NCBI RefSeq assembly: GCF_001194135.2
Contig: NC_068982.1
Span: 133,477,127 to 133,541,126 of the forward strand
DNA length: 64,000 nucleotides
Source: Octopus bimaculoides
Taxonomy: Eukaryota
Direction: 5' to 3'
Below the pieces are notes generated by a model. The model saw only the letters and a program-made list of their open reading frames with translations. It did no database searches and was not told the origin of the DNA. Positions within the stretch are counted from its first letter, which is position 1. Each line of letters begins with the position of its first letter. The position numbers and the translations under genes were made by a program. Positions 36,506 through 48,658 of the stretch are shown here, piece after piece.

Positions 36506-37055
36506 CGGATCTATTTTAAAACGGGGGCCACATTTTTCATTAATGTTTTACGTAGTGTTTTTGGTACGGAAAGACTTTCAAACTTCGTATACTTATCTAT
36601 TTTGTGTTATAGAACAGAAAAATATTTTTGTATTCGAATTTATTTCATGTAAAAAATTGTCTTATTTCGATAATTTCAACCAATCACTGACAAGTATTCA
36701 GTTGTTTATATTTACTCCTTTGGCTGATTAAGCGATGTAAAGCGTATTTAATCTCCATACCTTCGTTTTATTTGCTTTAACCTTAACCCTAACCCTACGG
36801 TTAGGGTTAGGGTTAATTGTTTCAGAATCGTTTGTTTATGTAGTCGGCACTTAATGTATATCGGCTGAATGGACGTCAGTGATTGGTTGAAATTACAGAA
36901 ATACGACAACTTTAACATGGAATAACTTATGGATTTCTTTTTTTTAAAAGAAGACTAAGAGAAAAAGATGTTTTATATGACACATTCTACCAGTGTTCCA
37001 AGTTTCAAAGTGTTTTGTTAATGAAAAATGTGGCCCCCATTTTAAAAAAGATCCG
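36506..37055. mobile_element. 550-bp non-autonomous TIR element with 6-bp TSD and internal telomere-like hairpin
   Basis: ~38-bp TIR cggatctattttaaaacgggggccacatttttcattaa / ttaatgaaaaatgtggcccccattttaaaaaagatccg; TSD AAGATA at 36500-36505 and 37056-37061; splits a SINE at its agaagacacttgcccaagg motif. Confidence 0.85.
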
Positions 37056-37382
37056 AAGATACTTGCCCAAGGTAACAGGAATTGAGACAGAAATCAAAAG
37101 GGAACCAAACAGTCATTAAAAGGGTGTGTGAGTGTATTTATGTTTGTTTAAAGCATTGAGAAATTTGAAAATACATGAAAATGAAGCTCATAATATATCA
37201 AGTAAAAGTACCCCTTAGATAGGAAAAGAGGACAGAATCACCAATAATTGAACCATATGTCTATTTAATACCAGATCACCACAACACCATTATGCCAAGA
37301 GAGAAGCTAGGTTTCCTTGGTGTAATGGTATACTGTCTGTGGTATAATAAGAGGCCAGCACTACTAGAGAGAGAGAGAGAGA

Positions 37383-37890
37383 GAAAATCTACCCCAAGTA
37401 ACTCTAACAGAGGGACCAGCTATTCAAATTGAAGCAGTCTGGTAAATAAAGTGATTAAGGATACAAAGGCTGGAAATGCAGCTGGATCATCGGAGATGGT
37501 TGCTGAGATGCTTAAAACATCTGCAGAAATAAAGTATGCCTTTCATCCTTTCGGGGTCGATTAAATAAGTACCAGTTACGCACTGGGGTCGATATAATCG
37601 ACTTAATTCATTTGTCTGTCCTTGTTTGTCCCCTCTATGTGTAGCCCCTTGTGGGCAGTAAATAAGTAAGAAATAAAGTATGAGCTAGTCACTCAACTAG
37701 TCAATCAGGTAATACAAGGTATCATGCCCAATGGCTAGAATAGCAGCATCGTTGTAGACTGTTACAAAAGTAAAGGAGATGCACCAGATAGAAGAAAGGG
37801 ATATCAAACTGTTGAACCAAAGAGCAAATTTGATTATTAACAGGATTAACCTGGATGAGATGCTGTTTTGACTTTATGCCAACAATGGCA
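37383..37890 (+). pseudogene. RTE LINE reverse transcriptase fragment interrupted by a truncated SINE (37539-37668)
   Basis: KAGNAAGSSEMVAEMLK...VDCYKSKGDA. The insertion has a 14-bp TSD agaaataaagtatg at 37525-37538 and 37669-37682. Confidence 0.8.
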
Positions 37891-38055
37891 TCAAATGCTA
37901 AATAAGCCTCTACATCTAGCATTAGTAAGGGTGTGAGTGTTGGTGATAGAAAGGGCATCCAGTTAGAGGAAATCAAATTCCATCTGACCCATATAGGCAT
38001 GGAAAAAATAGATGTTAAAATGATGATGATGAATATATATACATATATGAGTTAA

Positions 38056-38236
38056 GCCTACCACTAGTTTCATGAGAGAAATCACTTAACAACAATTATC
38101 AAGCCTACAACATGGAACATCAGGAGTTGTTTCTATTTTGGATTAAAACTAAGGAGGAGATGAACTCCAATGTTCCATGTGGTAGGCTTGACAATTGTTA
38201 AAGTATTTCTTTCTGAACATGAAAGCAAGGGTAGCC
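38056..38236. mobile_element. TTAA-flanked foldback MITE (Kolobok-like termini)
   Basis: TTAA at 38052-38055 and 38237-38240; imperfect inverted arms of ~75 bp; purine-first termini (GC../..CC). Confidence 0.65.
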
Positions 38237-38419
38237 TTAACCCATAAATAAAGAATTGTTATCCCCCAATGCTGTGTTGAGCACTCATTCTCATTGTTCA
38301 ATATTAACGTGTGCGTGTGTGTGTGTGTATATATATATAGAGAGAGCCTATTCCTATTTACCTCAGATTACTTATATAAGCCTTCTTTCACCCCCACCTA
38401 CATCATGAGGAAAACAGTT

Positions 38420-38655
38420 ATCATTTAATGTTCACTTTTCCATGCTTGCATGGATTAAGTGGAATTTGTTGAGGTAGATTTTCTATGACTCGGTACCCTT
38501 CCTGTTGCCAACACTAACTTGTTTCCAAGCAAGGTAATATTTTCTCATAGTTGGACATGATTTTCATGGGACTGGAAATGAACATTACCTATATGATGGT
38601 GATGCTTGTTTATAGCCATCACGTGATGTCAAGACAAGGGTGTACACACACACAA
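38420..38655. repeat. Interspersed repeat family (ttttccatgcttgcatgg...gaggcagattttcta...gtcaagacaag)
   Basis: Related copies at ~2780-3010, 4930-5130, 6700-6900, 24945-25170, 34250-34500 and 36300-36420. Confidence 0.7.
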
Positions 38656-39146
38656 GTGCACATGGCGGGCTTCTTTCAGTTTCCATCAACCATATCCACT
38701 TATTAGGCTTTGGTCAACCTGAGGATATAGTAGAAGTCACTTGCCCAAGGTACCCTACAGTGGAACTGAACCTAATAACACATGGTTGGGAAGCAAGCTT
38801 CTTAACCATATAGCCATACTCGCATCTATAGTGTATCTAAGACTACATTTATTCATTGTGTTGTTCTTTTATTTTAAACAGCAAGGTGTACCTTGAATAA
38901 GATATAGTTGCTCTCTTGTCTCATTACTTAGATGTTGGATATTAGCTGTGACAAACAGAAACCTCCTTCTCATAGATTTCATTTATGAAATCAGAACAAA
39001 ACACTAACCTTTATAAGTACCACAAGGGTCTGAAGACATTTAAATTACATTTGTATTTAACAATTAAACAATGCTAAAATATGAGTGAGTGAAAACTTAG
39101 ATTTTTCAGTTTCAGATTACAATAAAGAAAGGAAATAACAGCTTAC

Positions 39147-39231
39147 CCAACAGTATGGGGTTTATGACGACAGAGATCAAGAATATCTGTACACACAAGC
39201 CTCAAGTTGTGTGTTGTCTTCATTTGTGCCC
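39147..39231 (-). CDS. FERRY3: FERRY3 exon
   Basis: gtacag|GG GCA...GG|gtaagc; AQMKTTHNLRLVCTDILDLCRHKPHTV; 85 nt, phase 1/2. Confidence 0.92.
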
Positions 39232-39927
39232 CTGTACAAAGACAGTAATAGAAACAGAGAGCATTAAAATCTTGCAACTGAAAAGATATATATCATATTT
39301 TTGTTTCAAAAATCATCAATCCACCATTTTATCACACATCAAATTTATCACAAACGACCTCAATTCAATTTATCGCCTGAATCAAAACTTCAGAAAATAT
39401 TTAACAATTCAAGCTCCATTCATTTATATCACATCATAAAATCGTAAACAAATATGTTCCTATGTTTACATACTAATTTATCTAATTTTCTTAAATTTAG
39501 TCATTTGTTTTAACATTACAAGAGTTGTTTCCCTTTAATATCTAGCCGTTTAATTCTGAGACGATTTAAGTATAAAATTCATATCTTTAAAGTTAATTTG
39601 ATATTTGTTTTCTAATTCTAGGTCTGAATGAAATGTATCAGCAAATATATTTGCATCAAATCTAGTATGTTACAATCCCATGTCAATCTATACAGCGTTT
39701 AATACCATCACCTTGTCTATGGGTGCCTTTAACGGAATCCACACAAGCATTCAGATCAGCTCTCTAGTGTGAGGATAACCTTCTCCTTTCCTCTCAAAAG
39801 TCTCAAAGGCCCAGTAGAGAGTCTCAGGCATTGTATAACCCACTGACTAAAAGATTAAAAAAAAACACTAAAAAAAAAATGAAATGAAAAATAGGAAGAT
39901 ATTTGAGAAGAAAATTAGTTTGCCTAC

Positions 39928-40034
39928 CTAGGTGAATGGTGAAACTTTCTTCTAACCGAATTCGTGACCGTCCGATTCTTTCATCTTCTTCTGCTTCAGG
40001 CAGTGCTGAGGCAGTCATGGCCCGCACACGACGA
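39928..40034 (-). CDS. FERRY3: FERRY3 exon
   Basis: tgttag|T CGT...CTA G|gtaggc; RRVRAMTASALPEAEEDERIGRSRIRLEESFTIHL (LEESFTIHLG motif); 107 nt, phase 2/1. Confidence 0.92.
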
Positions 40035-41231
40035 CTAACAAAAGAAAAATGTAAACACTTACTTAGATTTTTTTCTTGTTTAATGCCAGCATAAATGAAT
40101 TTAGATATGAATTTGTATGTTTATAGAAATTTGTACATAAGACCTTGGCATGGGCACAATCAAATGATTGGTGCTACATAAAAGACTATGTGTATATATT
40201 TGACTCAGTTCATGGACTTCTTGTTTCTTTATCACATATCAAGTAAATTTATCACAAACAATCAGGATTTAATTAACGTCTGAATCAAAGCTTCAGAAAA
40301 TATTTAACAATTCAAGCTCCATCCACTTATATCACATCATAAAATGAAATGGCAAATAAATACGATATGTTCCTATGTTTACATACTAATTAATTGAATA
40401 TCTGTATCACCGATAATTTGGTCTCTCATATGCAAAGTGAGTAAGCACTCATCAAATGGACTCCCTAGTAACTAAATTTTATTTATCTTAAACATGCCAG
40501 CTACATTAAAACAATAATTAGTATTAACACATTTAATGCAAGAATCATCAAAAAGCTAACAAGAAATAATTGTGCAATGAGGACAAAAGTCAAATGACTA
40601 ATATTGTTATAATTACTATATGAAGTACGGGGAACAACTCCAGACATATTTTGGTTTTATTACGACCCCCATCAGGTCTTCCTATGAACCCATCTGGTAA
40701 AATTATTAGTGACAGACAAAATGCTTTGTGTTAGTTACATTTTGAATCAAGATTTTACTCAATCAACTTTGCATTTCTTCATTTCAGAGTTTAAATAAAA
40801 TCTTATCAGTCAAGTTCTGAAATTGAGGTATATCTGACTGTTACTTCTCACCAATTTTCTGGTCCCATGCCTATGTAAGAAATCTGAGTGGTAGGTGACA
40901 ATAACTCTGAATTAGAACTGACTTGGGTCATCTAACCTATGCTGGCATGGAGAATGGATGATGATGACAATGAAGGTGATGATAATGACGATGACAATTA
41001 TTCTAGTTGCTGTTGTTAATGGTAGTGGTGGTGATAATGGTGACACTTTGTCTGTAAGAACCAACACTCAGATATCAGACTTCATAGCCCATTCATTGTG
41101 CTTAATCTGTTACTGATGAGAAAATAAACCTGGTGCAGTCTCATTACAGTGGGCATCATGCAGAAAGCACACAAATCAAGAGTGGCATACAAGAATATAG
41201 TGGTGATCAAATATACAAGAAAAGTCCTTAC

Positions 41232-41356
41232 ACTGGATGGGGAGATCCTACAGTGGCTTGTGTGTCTTCATGAACCTTCATGACCCAGTTTCTGTATTCA
41301 CGTTTCTGTGTTTCATGTCGATTAGATAGTTCACTAGCCCATTTACTGTTCACAAC
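41232..41356 (-). CDS. FERRY3: FERRY3 exon
   Basis: aaacag|GTT...GT|gtaagg; VVNSKWASELSNRHETQKREYRNWVMKVHEDTQATVGSPHP; 125 nt, phase 0/2. Confidence 0.88.
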
Positions 41357-41842
41357 CTGTTTTAAATAGAAACAGATTAACATATGTATGTAGGTATATA
41401 TCATCATCATCATCATCATCCTAATTTAATATCTTTCATCAGTAATATAGATGTGTAGTCTCTATGAACGACAGTCAGAGATTTTGAAGTTTGGCATATA
41501 CAGTGATATCATGTTCTGTTCATGAATTGAGGGTGTTATAAAATTGCTTCCTCGATACAGGGAATGATCGAGTATTTTGTAATGTTAAAAGCAGAACTGA
41601 ATTTATAGGTACAGGGCAAAAAGAGCAATTACAACCCCCACCATCACCACCAGGACTCTTTGCCCCTAGCCCTCTTGCTTGAGGTAAGTTTGATGAATTT
41701 GAGGTATGCTTTATTACAATTTTTAAAGCTATAGTGGAAGACACTTGCCCAAGGTGCTGTGCAGTGGAGCTGAACTTGGAACCATGTGGTTGGGAAGTAA
41801 GCTTCTTACCACATAGCCATTCCAGCACCTAAGTCCTGTGGC

Positions 41843-41873
<31 letters not shown>

Positions 41874-42003
41874 NNNNNNNNNNNNNNNNNNNNNNNNNNN
41901 NNNNNNNNNNNNNNNNNNNNNNNNNNNNNNNNNNNNNNNNNNNNNNNNNNNNNNNNNNNNNNNNNNNNNNNNNNNNNNNNNNNNNNNNNNNNNNNNNNNN
42001 NNN

Positions 42004-42040
<37 letters not shown>

Positions 42041-42456
42041 GACAGACAGAGAAAAAGAGATAGTTCATATAGTTGTACTGCAATTAATTGTTAATCATGT
42101 ACTCCACTCAAATAATCCTCAGCTTAGCTGAGCAATCCTCCCAGCCATTACTACACTTTTGGTCTGCATACCTCCAACTGTTTCACTGGTACCAAAATAA
42201 TCCCTCCTTCTTGAAAACATACTTACACCATCCATATACCCTCCCCCATAGAAGTTTCCTTTCCTAAGCTCACACACAAAATATTGAATAATGATGTCCA
42301 GTAACTTCCTTAGGGAGTTATTCGGGCACTAATACTGAAAACATTGTCTGCAAGTAATAGTTTGAAAGGAAAATCAGCCCAGCTGACCCTATCTCTCTCC
42401 AAACTACTAGTTATTATCAGACCCATAAATGCAAGGTGCTCTTTCTTCTACGAAAT

Positions 42457-42737
42457 CAGTGGTTCTCAACCAGGGTCCATATGGCCTCTGAGGGTCCATA
42501 TAACATTTTTGAGGATCCACAATATTTTAAGGGCTCCTGAAAAAATTTCGTTTTAGATGTATGTATTGGTGTGTATTGCGAGAAACAGCTAGGTTTCTTT
42601 CTCTGATGTTTTACATAGTTCAACTTACGTAAGTTAATGTGAGTAAAACAAAATATGAATCTTGAAAGCTGGTGGTCTGCCGGAATAAAACAGTAATCAA
42701 ATGGGTCCATAGATATAAAAATGGTTGAGAACCCCTG
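42457..42737. mobile_element. hAT MITE, same family as 17583-17870, opposite orientation
   Basis: TIR cagtggttctcaacc / ggttgagaacccctg; TSD tacgaaat / tactaaat (7 of 8 match); shared internal segments. Confidence 0.82.
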
Positions 42738-43462
42738 TACTAAATAATTGAGTGTGTTTAGTTGAAGGAAGAGCCACTTGTCAGTCAGGTAGAATAAAGC
42801 AAGGAAGTTTATATTGAATTTTATCTCTTTTATCTCTTACTTGCTTCAGTCATTAGACTGTGGCCATACTGGAGCACTGCCCTGAAGAATATTTTAGTCA
42901 ATGAATTGAGCTCAGTACTTACTTTTTTTAAAGATTGGTACTCATTCTATTGGTCTCTTTTGTTGAACCACTAAGTTATGGGGACTTAAACACACCAGTT
43001 GCCAAGCAGTGGTGGTGGACAAACATACACACATATATATGTGATGGGCTTCTTTTAGTTTCCATCTGCCAAACCCACTTACAAGTAGTGTCATCTACTA
43101 TAGCCTGAGGCTTTATAAAAAGATACTTGTCTACGGTACCATGCAATGGGACTAAACTTGGAACCATGTGGTTGGGAAGCAAACTTCTTACCACACAGCT
43201 ACATAGTAATGTAAGTCAACATAATATAAAGTGAAAGTGCGTAAACATTCTAACATTGTCAATATTTCCAAATCCAGTATTTCACATAGAATTTTTGGTC
43301 CTCCAAAGAAATCTTGGTGTACAAGTCAACCTACATTTTTTGGGTTATAAATTTTGATCTGAAAAATTTGACTTGTATGCCAAAAAAAATACAGTATACC
43401 TTGATCAATAGCTATATTAAAAGTTTCCACTTGTGGCTAAAAATTCAAACATAAAACTTTTA

Positions 43463-43603
43463 AAAGATACAGATAAGGAAATAATTTTATTCTCAAATGC
43501 AGGACAATGCTTATAATATAGCATGAACAAAATATGGATAGTTTATCCGGTTCATGCATTATCCTGCGTTTGAGAATAAAATTATTTCCTTATCTGCATC
43601 TTT
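43463..43603. repeat. ~140-bp hairpin (MITE-like)
   Basis: aaagatacagataaggaaataattttattctcaaatgcaggacaatgc vs its near reverse complement gcattatcctgcgtttgagaataaaattatttccttatctgcatcttt (3 mismatches in 48). Confidence 0.88.
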
Positions 43604-43959
43604 CAATACATCTCAATGCTTCTAAAGCAAACTTTGTTTGTTGACTTTCAACATAAGTTGAATTTAATAAAACTTTTAATTTTCAGTTTCCACCCACAAA
43701 TTTAAACTGATCAAAAAATGAGATTGATCATAACATTTTCTCCATGATCATGCATTACTTATCTTTTGAGATATAATAGTTTAATGGCTAGCATGCTGGC
43801 CATAATTGTTGTTGATCCTAAGATTAAACCTTACCGTACTTGCCTCAACAAGGAAATCATTAACAACTGCATCAACAAAGGGGTGGCTATGAGGTCTCTT
43901 TGCAATAAATATGAACTAAGTCCCTTTAAAATCACTCACTTGCCAGCCTGATAAAGTTA

Positions 43960-44423
43960 CATCATCATCATCATCATCATCATCATTTAATGTCCACTTT
44001 CCATGCTAGCATGGGTTGGACGATTTGACTGAGGACTGGTGAACCAGATGGCTACACCAGGCTCCAATCTGATTTGGCAGAGTTTCTACAGCTGGATGCC
44101 CTTCCTAATGCCAACCACTCCGAGGGTGTAGTGGGTGCTTTTACGTGCCACCGGTATGAAGGCCAGTCAGGCGGTACTGGCAACGGCCACACTCAAAATG
44201 GTGTATTTTACGTGCCACCTGCACAAGAGCCAGTCCAGCGGCACTGGCAACGTTCTCGCTCAAAAGTCTTTACACGTGCCACGGGCACAAGTGTCAGAAA
44301 GGCGACGCTGGGCACAGGTGCCATCACGCTTTCACTTTCGCTTGCCCCAACAGGTCTTCGCAAGCCAAGTTTCGTGTCTAATGAAGGAGATGACGTTGGC
44401 ATGGGTGCCAGTCGTCGAATTTA
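43960..44423 (-). mobile_element. RTE-tail element with extended 5' part
   Basis: (CAT)n followed by the family body and internal repeats on the minus strand. Confidence 0.8.
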
Positions 44424-44820
44424 GTTAAAAAAAAAAAACTACTAAACACACTTTGTCAAGATGGGATGTTTTTGATCATGTATAGATCTGCTTAATCAGG
44501 ATTGATCTGGGGCTAAACAACAACAACAAACATTAGCAGTGTCATATAGGGATCTTAAACAGGCCTAGTTCAAGATGAGTCCGTCTGAGAAACCTTATTC
44601 AATATGATCTCTTTTTTTAGTCAAAGTTGGACCTGATCAAAATATTCTAGCAATCTTATATTTTTTGCTAGGCATAGTGTAATGTTCTATGTTATAGTAG
44701 ATAGTAACAAGAATATACATTAAGAATCTAGACATAGCTAATTGTTACTAATATTGGGGGGGGGGAAAGACAAACAAAAAAGTTAAGATACAAAAAACCC
44801 AAAAAACTTTAACTTCACAC

Positions 44821-44920
44821 CTGTGTTTGCTCAAAATGATGTTGTGCAATTTGGTTTATTTGTTCATCAGAGTATACCGTTCCGGCTTTCTGAAGAGCAT
44901 CTTCCATTTCTTTTTGCTGT
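44821..44920 (-). CDS. FERRY3: FERRY3 exon
   Basis: tcacag|A CAG...CAG|gtgtga; QQKEMEDALQKAGTVYSDEQINQIAQHHFEQTQ; 100 nt, phase 2/0. Confidence 0.9.
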
Positions 44921-46900
44921 CTGTGAGAAAACAATATTAAAAAAAAAAATCATATAAAATATCTTATTCTTTATACATGTTCTTTGAAATGCAGCCAAAC
45001 TGGAGAACTGCCTTGAAGGGTTTAGTTGACCAAATTGATCCCAGTATTTATTTTAAGTCTAGTATTAATTCTATTAGACACTTTTTGCTGAATTACTAAG
45101 TTTTGGGAATGTAAACAAACTAAAACTGATTGTCAAGTGGTGAGAGATGAACACAAAGACACACACCCATCAACACACACACACACACACACACTCATCA
45201 ACACACACACAATGGGCTTCCACACATTTTCCATCTATCAAATTCACACATATGACATTGGTTAGCCTGGGGCTGTTGTAAAGAACATCTAATGAAGTAC
45301 CACACAGTGAGACTGAACTCCAAACCAAGTGGTTAAGAAACAAATTTCTTAACCACACAGCCATCCATGCACCTATTAACAGATTACTTATTAACATCAA
45401 GCTGGAGAAGAATCAAAGATTGATTTTCATATCATTTGAATACAGAACTATCACATATTAAATCTCAGCTTTTGGTCTTCAGAGACAAATTAAAATTCAG
45501 TTAAATCTTGAACTATGATATTTAGCTTTTGTCTCCCTATGTTGATAAACAACTTTGCCTTTTTCCTTCTGTTAATATCAATACCATAAATATCAATGAT
45601 GTATTGGGGGTCAGTTCACTTGACTATTATACGTCTTCACTATAAATTGGTCACCTTATACTAATATAAGAAATCAATATTAAAACAAGTGAACTCTGAG
45701 ATAAAACACGACAAAAACTCAAACAGCTTGACCTAAATATTTAGTCTTCTCTTATATCTTCATTGAGCTTATGCACACATTGAAACATGTGTGTGCAGTT
45801 ACATGCATACATGTATGAATGTAAGACTGCTAAGGTATTTAAGGGGGATCAGAAAATATAATGATCGAAATATGTAAGCATAAAAAGAAAAAAACATGAA
45901 ATATAAGATTAATAGTTTTCAGTTACTCTTTAATAATCAACTAAAGAAATATAATTAATATTATTCAGTGACTGCAGTTCATCTTTAATGATTTACTTGT
46001 TTTCTTCTAGTCTCTAAGAACTTTTGATACTGCGTCCTATGAAATTCTGCCAGTGAGAGAGATTATGTCCCTTAGCTAACAGGATTTATCTGATATCTTG
46101 AGATTATTATCAAATATCACTGTCTCTAGAAAGGATTTGTTAGTAAAACTTAGAATTCTAAGAACAGTTTTTTTTTTTCCACTTGCTGGATCTGGAAGTA
46201 CCAATGATATTTGCAGGCTTTCTTAGACTAGTGAGATTGATAGCATTAATGTTTCTTTGTAAGTTAACACCTATGAGGAGGGCATGAGTAGGGACAGAAT
46301 TCCAGGAGGGAAGGACTGAACTGAGTCATGAGTGTGGGACCAATAAGTTTGGACACAAGAAGGGTGAGGATAAGAGGAAAGACAAGTGTGTCAGGAACAC
46401 TTGAGTAGAGATGGCATGGAGTCTGTCAGTCCGAGCAGCAAAAGCCATTATAGTAGCAAGAGAAGAGAAAGAAGAGACAAAACACCTATGGGTCAGAGGC
46501 TGGAGTGTATTTGTGAGTAAATCTATGCCAATCAGTCAGGTGGGCCTTTTCTGGATGTTGTCATAATGTCATTCATCGTAATGATTTCAGAAGCACAAGG
46601 ATACATGGTTTGGTGGAGGGGTACCATCAAGTTAATTGATGATGCCCCACCCCTCATATTTGACTCAGGTTAGTATTTATTATATTGACTCTGGAAGAAT
46701 GAAAGGTATGTTACATAGTTAGATGTTGTAATACTGGCTAAATAAAGTCACATGATCAAACTTTCCAACCTTGCTATAGCGAATGGTTTGTCTTCAATCT
46801 AAATACATTTCTATATTTACTTCAGTCTATTTTTCTGGAAAAAGTAGATAATTTTTTTCAGTTCCTAACTTGATTAAAAATTTGAAAATTGGCCAAAAGC

Positions 46901-46954
<54 letters not shown>

Positions 46955-47595
46955 TATATATACTATGTCATTTTACTATCTTTATCTTATGATATTTACT
47001 TTGTTTTATATTATACTCATTTATTGTACTTTTAATTATTAATTTTTCTANNNNNNNNNNNNNNNNNNNNNNNNNNNNNNNNNNNNNNNNNNNNNNNNNN
47101 NNNNNNNNNNNNNNNNNNNNNNNNNNNNNNNNNNNNNNNNNNNNNNNNNNNNNNNNNNNNNNNNNNNNNNNNNNNNNNNNNNNNNNNNNNNNNNNNNNNN
47201 NNNNNNNNNNNNNNNNNNNNNNNNNNNNNNNNNNNNNNNNNNNNNNNNNNNNNNNNNNNNNNNNNNNNNNNNNNNNNNNNNNNNNNNNNNNNNNNNNNNN
47301 NNNNNNNNNNNNNNNNNNNNNNNNNNNNNNNNNNNNNNNNNNNNNNNNNNNNNNNNNNNNNNNNNNNNNNNNNNNNNNNNNNNNNNNNNNNNNNNNNNNN
47401 NNNNNNNNNNNNNNNNNNNNNNNNNNNNNNNNNNNNNNNNNNNNNNNNNNNNNNNNNNNNNNNNNNNNNNNNNNNNNNNNNNNNNNNNNNNNNNNNNNNN
47501 NNNNNNNNNNNNNNNNNNNNNNNNNNNNNNNNNNNNNNNNNNNNNNNNNNNNNNNNNNNNNNNNNNNNNNNNNNNNNNNNNNNNNNNNNNNNNNN

Positions 47596-47641
<46 letters not shown>

Positions 47642-48317
47642 AATTTAAGCAAGTAGAAAATGGAGAAAACTTTTGATCAACAAACAAATTGACCAACATT
47701 GGTTAATTATTTTTTGATACAAAACATAACACTAAGTAACATTTCTTACAGCTGTTTCGGCTGCTAGCGTCAGTCAGTGCTTACAAAGAAAATTCCAAAA
47801 ATAATATTCGCCATCTTTATAGCACATTTGATCTAGTACATGGAGCTTCATCAGAGTGAATACAAATAAATAAAATAAAATAAATGAAGGGAAGAGGAAA
47901 GAACAGGGCCTCGAGATGAGGCCAGAAAGCTCAATATATTAGAATCATACCATTTTGCAGAGTGAAGCTTGAAGTCGATAGGCAAAAAAGTGAACTAGCA
48001 AATGAGCTAAAGAAATGATTTATGGGTTATCTCTTTATGTAGGGATTCCAGGGTGTATAAGTAGTAGTAGAATAAAACTAGTGCTAAAGTAAAATAGGAA
48101 TCACCAATGTCTAGAAAAAGAATAGTAATTACGATTTTCTGCTAATTTAAATTTGATTCTTGATAAACTTTTGTTTATTCAGTTATTACCTGTACCCTAT
48201 GAGCATAGTGTGCATGTATACCCATGCCCAGGGATAACACAGGTAAATGATAACGGTAGTATGAATGGATATTCTTATCCCTTAGACGGTTATTCCAACC
48301 GCTAACTCTGCTTATCT

Positions 48318-48360
<43 letters not shown>

Positions 48361-48476
48361 CAACTTTTATAAACATAATGATAGTAGTACTCTTAATACA
48401 GATGTAATGATGGTGATAGTGGTGGTGAAATTACAAATAAAAAATGCAAGCAATCAATCAAGAATAGTAAAAATAC

Positions 48477-48658
48477 TTGTTCTCTAAGTGTGCGATATCC
48501 TCATCACGATTTTGAGTGATATTTTCAATGTCCATAGCATACGAATGTTCCAAGTTTAAAAGAGTCTCTAGAGCAGGAGAATGGATCAAGGTGTGATAGA
48601 CTTCAGAGAAAACTTGTTCATTTGTGACTTCTTCTGGTTTAGCAAATTCTTTTACTTC
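48477..48658 (-). CDS. FERRY3: FERRY3 exon
   Basis: tttcag|GAA...AA|gtattt; EVKEFAKPEEVTNEQVFSEVYHTLIHSPALETLLNLEHSYAMDIENITQNRDEDIAHLEN (motif YHxLIHSPAxETLLNLEH); 182 nt, phase 0/2. Confidence 0.93.

Noticed and set aside
36783-36816. Ancestral telomere-telomere chromosome fusion site
   Set aside because: Only ~2.5 units per side, and it sits inside a TIR element bounded by a TSD.
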